Shown here: piece after piece, positions 47,995-55,542 of the stretch | Layout of the letters: each line of letters opens with the position of its first letter | Position numbering within the stretch: the stretch's first letter is position 1 | Source of the DNA: Candidatus Peregrinibacteria bacterium | GTDB taxonomy: Bacteria; Patescibacteriota; Gracilibacteria; UBA1369 | Assembly (NCBI GenBank): GCA_003153355.1 | Contig: PLYH01000003.1 | Coordinates: 38,325-102,324 of the forward strand | Length of the DNA: 64,000 nt | Direction: 5' to 3' | Notes under the pieces: model-generated | Seen by the model: only the letters and a program-made list of their open reading frames with translations | Database searches by the model: none | Told to the model about the DNA's origin: nothing | Made by a program: the position numbers and the translations under genes

Positions 47995-48870
47995 TTATGA
48001 GCTCGGCTGAGCTGACTCTGCAGCCGGCTCTTCCAATAAAAGTCCGTAGGTTTTGTGATCCTCCTTTTTTTCCAAAAGATAGTTCAGGAGAATGTAGCCG
48101 CCGGTTAAATAGGGAACGATCAGGAAGGTCCAGTTCATTTCCAGGAAAATATTGAAGAGCGCATGAAGGCCGATGGCGATTAAAAGCCCCTGCGCGATTT
48201 TTTCCTGCTTAAAGCTGATCTCTTTTTTGAAGGGAAGCATTGCAGCTATTTTGTTGAAAATCGGCCAGCGGTTCTTGAGATTCTGGTCCTGAAGAATTGG
48301 ACCCGCAAAATGAGCGAGACCGTAATAATAGCCCAGCATGCCTGAAAACATGATGTGAGCGAAGGTTGAAAAGAGCGAACGGAAAACGAAAGGATAGAGA
48401 ATATTTTCCGGACCGCGATCTGCCATAATGTTGTAGAAATAGATAATGTTTTCCACAAACGCAAAGCCAAGGGCTGCCGTAATAAACATTTCAATTGCAT
48501 CGTCGATGGATGTGATGTTTTCTTCGGCGCCGCTCATGCGGACCGCCATAAATTTGGTGACCTCTTCGATCACGCCCACGATCAAAAAAGTAAAAAGCAC
48601 ATCCAGCGGAACCGCCGTGATGTTGCTGAAACCGATAAAATCGTCTTTAAACTGGTTGGTATAGGCAAAAGCGTTCAGCCACGGAAAAAATTGCCAGAGA
48701 TATTTATATGCCAAAAGCGGAGCCACGAAGACCGCGCCGCCTATAAAAATCCGCAGGGACATACTTTTTTTATGGACCTGTTTTTTATAAAAAATGTACC
48801 CCCAGGCTGCAGCCGGGACAATAGAAAGCAGCAAGGCGAGTCCTGATTTGAGTATCTCTTCTGGCATCAT
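47995..48870 (-). CDS. PrsW family intramembrane metalloprotease
   Basis: Polytopic membrane protein with EEVTKF (E-E-x-x-K) and H..F.. (FAHIMFSG, LHALFN) motifs characteristic of PrsW. Confidence 0.75.
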   Translation of the reverse strand: MMPEEILKSGLALLLSIVPAAAWGYIFYKKQVHKKSMSLRIFIGGAVFVAPLLAYKYLWQFFPWLNAFAYTNQFKDDFIGFSNITAVPLDVLFTFLIVGVIEEVTKFMAVRMSGAEENITSIDDAIEMFITAALGFAFVENIIYFYNIMADRGPENILYPFVFRSLFSTFAHIMFSGMLGYYYGLAHFAGPILQDQNLKNRWPIFNKIAAMLPFKKEISFKQEKIAQGLLIAIGLHALFNIFLEMNWTFLIVPYLTGGYILLNYLLEKKEDHKTYGLLLEEPAAESAQPSS

Positions 48871-48905
48871 AAGCTGATTTTGTTTTTATTTTGGGCTTCA
48901 TGTTA

Positions 48906-49592
48906 TTATAACATATTTTTGATGATTTTTCCATAGAGCTCGGCTTTGGATTTTGTCAGACTGTGGCCGGCCATTTTTGGCATATCGATAAGGATATTCG
49001 TTCCTCCCTTCATAATGGGCTCGTAGGTTTCGGCCGAGGTTTGTGTTGATAAACGGACCTGCAGTTCATTGCTCAAAAGTTTCTTCGCATCAGGAGGCAC
49101 GATGCTGTCTTTTGCGGTTCCGATGGTCAGGATCTTTGATGAAGGAAGATCCCTCAGCGCATCTTCACATTCCTGGGCGATACGGAAGCGTTCGCGGTAA
49201 TGTTTGAAAAAAAGAAAATGGGCAATTTTTGCAGGTTTTACTTCAACATCCGAACGCAGCGGACCGTCGATGAGCACGAGTTTAAAAATATCCAAAAGCC
49301 GCCTGCGGCAGGCAATAATCAACGCGATGAGCGCGCCATAACTGTGACCGATGAGCAGCACATTTTCAGAAGGTATGGCATCGAGCTCTTTGGAAACATT
49401 AGCAATAATCGTTTCAGGATCCTCAAGAGCTTTGTTCCACGGAGTTCCTGAAATAATGCGGCTGGAATTGAGCTGGAGATGCTTATCGAGATCGGCTTTG
49501 AGTTCTCCGATTCCTTTATCGCCGAATCCTGTGACAATGGCGAGATCCAGCGGCTTACTGCTTAGCTGTTCGTAATTATGCGGTCGGTTCAT
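48906..49592 (-). CDS. alpha/beta hydrolase fold protein
   Basis: Nucleophile elbow GHSYGA. About 228 aa. No further assignment. Confidence 0.55.
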   Translation of the reverse strand: MNRPHNYEQLSSKPLDLAIVTGFGDKGIGELKADLDKHLQLNSSRIISGTPWNKALEDPETIIANVSKELDAIPSENVLLIGHSYGALIALIIACRRRLLDIFKLVLIDGPLRSDVEVKPAKIAHFLFFKHYRERFRIAQECEDALRDLPSSKILTIGTAKDSIVPPDAKKLLSNELQVRLSTQTSAETYEPIMKGGTNILIDMPKMAGHSLTKSKAELYGKIIKNML

Positions 49593-50769
49593 GAATGATT
49601 CCTTGGCTTACTTCTAAATATTTACCGGGTCTTACGTTGAGATTGCGGTGGGTTCTCATTGGGCCGCCGGTGGCCGCTTCGTCATTAAGATGCGTGGTAG
49701 TGATAATGGTCTGATGGCCTTCAATGGCTTGCAGAAGGAGATTCTGGCGTTTGGGATCGAGTTCGGAAAAAACATCGTCAAGCAAGAGGATAGGTTTCTG
49801 ATTGCTGCGTTCTTCAAAGAATTTGAGTTCAATCAGTTTGAGCGCAAGGAGCAGCGAACGGTATTCGCCGCGCGATGCGCAAGCCGCAAGGTTCAGTCCG
49901 TCAAAGCTGAAATTCAGATCGTCGCGGTGCGGGCCGATGGTCGTGACCAAAGCCTGGAGATCGCGCGGGCGGGTGCGGTCGAGCTGTTCGCTAAAGTGCG
50001 CGCGCCAATTTTGGAGCGACAGCTCTTCGGGGTTTTCAATATCGTGAAGTGTGTGATGATAGATGATTTTTACATTTTCATCCCCTTCGGAAATTTTTTG
50101 GTACGTTGAGGCGAGCTGGTTTTGAAAATACTGAATTGTTTGCGCGCGTTCGAACATCAAATAACTGCCGTGTTCAACGAGCTGTTCGTCCCAGACATCT
50201 AATTCGCCCGGAGTCGCACGCTGGTCTTTGATGGCATGCAGCAGGGCGTTTCTTTGTTTTAGAACTTTCAGATAGGAACGGAGTGAGCTGAAATATTTAC
50301 GGTTCACCTGAACGCTGATGACATTAAGATACGCGCGGCGCAAATCCGGTCCAAGATAAAGCATGTTCAAATCTTCAGGATGAAAAAAAACGACCTGACA
50401 GTTGCCGATAAAATTGGCGGCGCCGGTTTTTACCTGATTTTTCTTGAAAGATTTTTGCGGATTGGGCGGCTTCCCCAAAAAGGCTTCCAGTTCAAGGGAT
50501 TGTGGACTTTCAGACCGCGCCTCTTCGTCCGCATCTTCTTCAAAAATTCCTTTCACGCGGGCGTATTCATATTCCCAGCCGATCATGTCCTGCTGTTTGG
50601 TGGTGCGGAAAGATTTGGTGAGCGCGAGCAGGTAAATGGATTCCAGAATGTTGGTTTTTCCCTGCGCGTTCGGACCCACGATGTAGGTCATCGGCTCCTG
50701 CGGATCAAAGCTGAGTTCCAGATTTTTATAATTGCGGAACTGTTCGAGAATGAGTTTCTGTAAGCGCAT
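49576..50769 (-). CDS. recF: DNA replication and repair protein RecF
   Basis: LILEQFRNYKNLELSF...GPNAQGKTNILESIYLLA (Walker A) and LLLDDVFSELD (Walker B). Confidence 0.9.
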   Translation of the reverse strand: MRLQKLILEQFRNYKNLELSFDPQEPMTYIVGPNAQGKTNILESIYLLALTKSFRTTKQQDMIGWEYEYARVKGIFEEDADEEARSESPQSLELEAFLGKPPNPQKSFKKNQVKTGAANFIGNCQVVFFHPEDLNMLYLGPDLRRAYLNVISVQVNRKYFSSLRSYLKVLKQRNALLHAIKDQRATPGELDVWDEQLVEHGSYLMFERAQTIQYFQNQLASTYQKISEGDENVKIIYHHTLHDIENPEELSLQNWRAHFSEQLDRTRPRDLQALVTTIGPHRDDLNFSFDGLNLAACASRGEYRSLLLALKLIELKFFEERSNQKPILLLDDVFSELDPKRQNLLLQAIEGHQTIITTTHLNDEAATGGPMRTHRNLNVRPGKYLEVSQGIIHEPTA

Positions 50770-50823
50770 GAAATTGCTCTGAATGTGACTACAGAGTAGC
50801 GTAATTTTGAAGCTTTGCTCAAG

Positions 50824-51642
50824 CTATAATCCTAAGGCCTGCTCAAGGCTTTTATAGAATTTCTGTTTGGCATCGATGACTGCATTGATGCCGTTATAAA
50901 TACCTTCTTTAAAGCTGGTGCGCGTTGACACATACTGGCTGAGCGCTGCAGCTAAATCAGTCGCATGAGATTTGGTGTCGTGCTGAATATGGTCATCCAA
51001 ATATTGACGAACGCCCATGACTTTCGCGCGAACTTTTTCGATCATTTCTGCGGGAATTTCGTTTTCCTGAATCGTGAAAATTTCAGGGAAAATTTTATCC
51101 CTGCCTTCGGCGATTTTTCTGAACTCCATGGGAATCGAAAATTCCAAAGCAAAAATAACAGCGGCGATTTTGACATAATTCCTTTCTTCGATCAGGGCTT
51201 TTATGGCTTCGCAATAATCCTTAGTCCCCTTCAATGGTTCGGCGGTTTTGAGTTCATCTTCGGTAATACCCAGGGCTGTATAAAAATCTTTCCGCCACGT
51301 TTCGTGCGCCTGGTCAGGGTGTTTTTGACCGTGAGCGTCGATGCCCATTTCATCGTTCAAATTGGCCTGGAGTACTGCGGCGAGCTTTTTGTCGTTTGCT
51401 TTCGTTGCTGTTGCAATTCCGGCCGTGAGGAGTTCTTCAAAACTTTGCGCTGCCAGATTTCTTTGTAGGGCAAATTCGCGAAACTGTTCTTTGGTTACCG
51501 ATCCGTTTGCGATGGCCTCAAGTACTTTAGTTTTTCCGACAATTTCTTTGGCGGCATGACCTCCAAGCTGGTAGACAATACTGAGCTCCTGAGAAATTTC
51601 TTCCGTGGATGTTTCAGCGGTTTTTGCTCTTTCCAGTGCCAT
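50824..51642 (-). CDS. heme-oxygenase-like fold protein (CADD/PqqC/TenA-like putative di-iron enzyme)
   Basis: NLNDEMG...H..QAHETWRKDFYTALGITEDEL parallels the NLMDEENG...H..LW..F..ALG.T.EEL segment of Chlamydia CADD as I recall it. The protein is all-helical and 272 aa. Confidence 0.45.
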   Translation of the reverse strand: MALERAKTAETSTEEISQELSIVYQLGGHAAKEIVGKTKVLEAIANGSVTKEQFREFALQRNLAAQSFEELLTAGIATATKANDKKLAAVLQANLNDEMGIDAHGQKHPDQAHETWRKDFYTALGITEDELKTAEPLKGTKDYCEAIKALIEERNYVKIAAVIFALEFSIPMEFRKIAEGRDKIFPEIFTIQENEIPAEMIEKVRAKVMGVRQYLDDHIQHDTKSHATDLAAALSQYVSTRTSFKEGIYNGINAVIDAKQKFYKSLEQALGL

Positions 51643-51785
51643 TTTTTAGAGTTAATTTGCGTTTAAGGTATAACAATTTCTCGAGTACATGTCAACGTTT
51701 TGACTGAGGACGCGTTTGTCCGCTAAGATGCTTTCTGTTGCGCTGTGCGCTCAGAAATTTCCAATTTTGTTATTCATTCATATTT

Positions 51786-53588
51786 ATGTCAAAGAAAGAA
51801 CGCGTTGAAGTCGTAAAAAACGAGGACGAAGAGCTTCATGGCATGCGCCATTCCTGCGCACACATGCTGGCTCAGGCGGTTTTGGAAATGTTTCCCGAAG
51901 CTAAACTGGGCATCGGTCCGACCATTGAAAACGGCTTTTATTATGATTTTGAACTTCCGAGGACTTTGATTCCGGAAGATCTGGATATTCTGCAGAAAAA
52001 AATGGAGCATATCGCCAAGCAGCGTCAAACCTTTGTGCGCCGCGACGAACCGGTTGATGCGGCGATTGAACTTTATAAAAAAAGCGGACAGCTTTTTAAG
52101 ATGGAGATTGCCAGTGATCTTAAAGATGAAGGAGAAACAACTGTTTCGTTTTATGAGAACAGACTGCCTTCCGGTGAACTGAAGTTCGTGGATTTGTGCC
52201 GCGGCGGTCACAGTGAAAATACGGGAAAAACCGGCGCGTTCAAATTAAATAAAATCGCGGGAGCGTACTGGCGCGGCGATGAAAAACGTCCAATGCTGCA
52301 ACGCATTTATGGACTTTGCTTCGCGCAAAAAACCGAACTCGACGCCTACTTGAAAATGCTTGAGGAAGCCAAAAAACGTGATCACCGCAAAATCGGCCAG
52401 GAACTTGAGCTGTTTACGTTTCATGAAAACGTCGGTCCGGGTTTGCCATTATGGCTGCCGAACGGAACGGTGCTCATTGAAGAACTGGAAAAACTGGCGA
52501 AAGAGACTGAGTTTCACGCGGGGTACGTGCGCGTGCGAACACCGGCAATCACGAAAGGCATTTTGTATCATACTTCCGGACATCTTCCGTATTATAAAGC
52601 TTCGATGTACGCGCCGATGATGATCGACGGCGAGGAGTATTATTTGAAACCCATGAACTGTCCGCATCATCATATGTGTTATGCGGCGCATCCGAAGAGC
52701 TACCGCGATTTACCTTTGCGTTATGCGGAATACGGCACATGCTACCGCTATGAAGATTCAGGCGCTCTGTTCGGCTTGATGCGCGTCCGCAGCATGCAGA
52801 TGAACGATGCTCACATTTACTGCACCGAAGAACAGTTTGAACAGGAGTTTATTTCCGTCGTGGAAATGTATCTGAAATATTTCAAACTTTTTGGGATCGA
52901 AAAATATGTCATGCGTCTTTCGCTCCACGATCCCGCTGAACTCGGCAAAAAATATGTGAACGAACCTGAACTGTGGATTAAAACCGAAGAGATGGTGCGC
53001 AATGCCATGAAAAAAGCCGGCGTTCCGACGGTTGAAGTACCAAACGAAGCGGCTTTCTATGGTCCAAAAATCGACGTTGAAGTCTGGAGTGCGATCGGCC
53101 GCGAGTTTACATTGGCAACCAATCAGATCGACTTTGCGGTGCCAAAAAGATTCGGATTAACCTATGCGGATGCAGACGGAAAAGACAAAACTCCTTTATG
53201 CATTCACCGCGCGCCACTGGGAACGCATGAACGTTTTATCGGCTTCCTGATTGAGCATTTCGGCGGTAATTTCCCGACATGGATGGCTCCGGTACAGGTA
53301 AAAGTTCTGCCGGTTTCCGATAAATTCAACGAATACGCGCAGGAAGTCGCGACGGAATTATTCAATAAAGGCGTGAGAGTAAAAGTGGATGACAGCAACG
53401 AAAGTCTTGGTAAAAAAATCCGCGCTGCGGAAATGTTAAAGACTCCTTACATGCTTATCGTCGGCGAAAAAGAGGTTGCTGAAAATAAAGTGAGCGTGCG
53501 CAACCGCAAAACCAAAGAACAAACTCCGATGGGCGTGGATGAGTTTGCGGTAAGTTTGTTTGAGGAAATTAAGGAACGGAAGCTGTAA
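51786..53588 (+). CDS. thrS: threonine--tRNA ligase (lacks N-terminal TGS domain)
   Basis: RHSCAHML editing-domain motif about 20 aa from the start, YWRGDEKRPMLQRIYG, class II motifs (KPMNCPHH, FGLMRVRSMQMNDAHIY, GPKID) and an anticodon-binding domain. ATG 51786 is preferred over the ORF-track start 51738. Confidence 0.95.
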   Translation: MSKKERVEVVKNEDEELHGMRHSCAHMLAQAVLEMFPEAKLGIGPTIENGFYYDFELPRTLIPEDLDILQKKMEHIAKQRQTFVRRDEPVDAAIELYKKSGQLFKMEIASDLKDEGETTVSFYENRLPSGELKFVDLCRGGHSENTGKTGAFKLNKIAGAYWRGDEKRPMLQRIYGLCFAQKTELDAYLKMLEEAKKRDHRKIGQELELFTFHENVGPGLPLWLPNGTVLIEELEKLAKETEFHAGYVRVRTPAITKGILYHTSGHLPYYKASMYAPMMIDGEEYYLKPMNCPHHHMCYAAHPKSYRDLPLRYAEYGTCYRYEDSGALFGLMRVRSMQMNDAHIYCTEEQFEQEFISVVEMYLKYFKLFGIEKYVMRLSLHDPAELGKKYVNEPELWIKTEEMVRNAMKKAGVPTVEVPNEAAFYGPKIDVEVWSAIGREFTLATNQIDFAVPKRFGLTYADADGKDKTPLCIHRAPLGTHERFIGFLIEHFGGNFPTWMAPVQVKVLPVSDKFNEYAQEVATELFNKGVRVKVDDSNESLGKKIRAAEMLKTPYMLIVGEKEVAENKVSVRNRKTKEQTPMGVDEFAVSLFEEIKERKL

Positions 53589-53604
53589 AAATTTCAGATA
53601 AGGA

Positions 53605-53646
53605 AAAGGCCCTCCTCCGCTTGAACGCAGAGTGAGGGCCTTTTGG
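53605..53646 (+). terminator. terminator hairpin after thrS
   Basis: GGCCCTC (53608-53614) / GAGGGCC (53634-53640) stem followed by TTTT. Confidence 0.6.
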
Positions 53647-53841
53647 GTTCCGTTGCAACCGTTACAGTCATATCGAGAGGTGGTAGCGCATACCATCTTG
53701 AGATCGTAGCGCCGCTGCACGCCGGTCGGCAGCTGGATTCGTGACGCGCGCTGTTTCAAAGAAACCGTGAGGTTTCGATGAAGTGGCACGAGACGAATGG
53801 AGGGCAATTATTTTTAAGGAAGTTCGACCATCAAATTCACT

Positions 53842-54243
53842 TCAACGGGAATGCATGCTCTCCACGGGGCAGAGCATGTTCCGGACCGACTGCGGGCTTC
53901 GTTCCAACAGGGCGAAAACCTGTGCAGACTGAAGCTGTTCGGGAAGCGCCGGACGAAGCTTCGCAAGTTCCCTGCGGATCTCGCGGAGCTTGTCGAGGCA
54001 CTGGTTGCTCCGCGTGTAGTCCACGAAGAGCACGGTAAGAGAGAACAGGTACTCTGGCCCTTCCGTGAGCGGGCCGGGCTTGGCCATGACGGTCTTGAAC
54101 CTGGAATCTTCATGATTCTTCTTTGCCTGAGCGAGAAACTCGCGAAGCGCGGGAATGCGCTCGCGCGGGTACATGGAGAACTCCGCTGCCTGCTGCCAGA
54201 CTACACCGAGAATTGGAAGCTTGGGGCTTTTCGTGTTCATGGT
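53842..54243 (-). CDS. hypothetical protein (133 aa) in GC-rich island
   Basis: ATG 54243 is preceded by AAGGAG at about 8-nt spacing. GC3-rich codons. The ORF-track start 54384 adds an unlikely extension. Confidence 0.5.
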   Translation of the reverse strand, partial: TMNTKSPKLPILGVVWQQAAEFSMYPRERIPALREFLAQAKKNHEDSRFKTVMAKPGPLTEGPEYLFSLTVLFVDYTRSNQCLDKLREIRRELAKLRPALPEQLQSAQVFALLERSPQSVRNMLCPVESMHSR

Positions 54244-54783
54244 CTTCGTGCTCCTTCTTGGTTCGGTCGTTTGGTGAAATCTGAGTTGATGAATATTGGA
54301 ATGGTCGAAACCACACCCGGACGGAGACACGACAGTGACGGTCGCCTCCCTGTCCGGATGTGGTTTTGATTTTCGAATTTTCAAGGAACAAATTGAACGC
54401 GTTCAATAACCTCTTGGCTTCGAGAGGTTAGATTTTGCATCTGCAATTATTTCTAGAACCTCTTGGGCGGTATGCGGAGTGTAATGACGCAAAGCACATC
54501 AAAACAGATGACCTGGCTGTTCCAAATCATCATTTGAGAGGTGAATTTGTTGAGAGTTTGCGACATTGCAGAACGATAAGAGATTGTTTTGAAAAAATTT
54601 ATGTGGTTGAAGGATAACTGAAGCGGGCGGCGATTCGAGACAACTCTGTGAAGAGTGTCCGAATCGCGCGCCCGCAAGTCCATAACAGGATGGGGTACGA
54701 CTGCGCAGCTTTATAGCGGCGACCGACGAGACACGCGGTGGTCCTGTGGAGTTCCTAAGAAATCTATGTATCCGCTGAAGCAT

Positions 54784-55182
54784 TCAGTCTTCTTCGGCAG
54801 CTTCGGTCTTGTTGAGCGCATCATTGCGGATCTTACGAACGATCGGAAGGTGATTTGCCTTCTTCTTTTCGGCGATCCTGAGGATGAGCTGCTTGAGTGC
54901 CTCCATGCGCTCCGTGCGCATGCTGATCTGGGAGCCCGAGCCTCCCTCGTACTCGTGGAGGAGACGGACGGTCGCAAACAGGCGATCGTCGAGCTCATCA
55001 TCGGTCCAATCCGCGTCATCGATGATCGTGTAGTACTGTCCCTTCATCTGCGCAGCCTTCGTTTTGATAGACTGACGCATCCTTCGCACGTATTCGGACG
55101 AGAGCTTGATGCCCAGGTCTTCAGCGGCTTCGACTTCAGCCGGAACGAAGAGTGTGTCTACTGATGATGCACGCTTTCCCAT
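54784..55182 (-). CDS. hypothetical acidic protein (132 aa) in GC-rich island
   Basis: The ATG is preceded by AAAAGGAAG. GC3-rich codons. I recognise no family. Confidence 0.5.
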   Translation of the reverse strand: MGKRASSVDTLFVPAEVEAAEDLGIKLSSEYVRRMRQSIKTKAAQMKGQYYTIIDDADWTDDELDDRLFATVRLLHEYEGGSGSQISMRTERMEALKQLILRIAEKKKANHLPIVRKIRNDALNKTEAAEED

Positions 55183-55542
55183 CGCACTTCCTTTTCTGCT
55201 CTTGAGAGCGGTCAGCTGGGTTTCTTAGGTGTCAACCACACCCCTGATTTGTTCGCACCAACGTGATGCGAACAGGAAAAGGGTGTAATAAACGTTGAAT
55301 TGTGAAGGATCGGGTGTGCAATACTGAAAGAAGCCCCTTGCATGTGCGGAGAGGCTTCTTGGTAAGTTTCAATATTTTCTGAAAACGTTACGCTGACCTC
55401 TCGACACAAAACTTCGGGTTAAGCACACAGAGCTTAATCCAAGAGCATGTCATGACAAGGTTGTGGCGAGAAATTGTTTTCATAAATTGGAGATATTTGG
55501 CGTCAGTTTAGAAAATTTTCTTTCCACTGTCAATATCCAGGA

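Larger units (their letters stand above)
53650..55440. other. GC-rich compositional island (possible horizontally acquired or chimeric segment)
   Basis: Hand counts on 60-nt lines give 33-41 G+C inside the two island ORFs, against 23-34 in sampled flanking coding lines. Third codon positions are G/C-rich. Both island ORFs have canonical SD sites, unlike the other genes. Confidence 0.55.

Noticed and set aside
51643-51785. A T-box leader upstream of thrS.
   Set aside because: Only 143 nt are available, shared with a divergent gene. No T-box consensus (AGGGTGGTACCGCG-like) or specifier/terminator architecture is visible.
53851-54369. A 172-aa plus-strand ORF, plus 53814..54113(-) and 54110..54406(-), in the GC-rich island.
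   Set aside because: High GC generates long spurious ORFs in several frames. Only the minus-strand frame starting at ATG 54243 has an SD site and a GC3-biased codon pattern.
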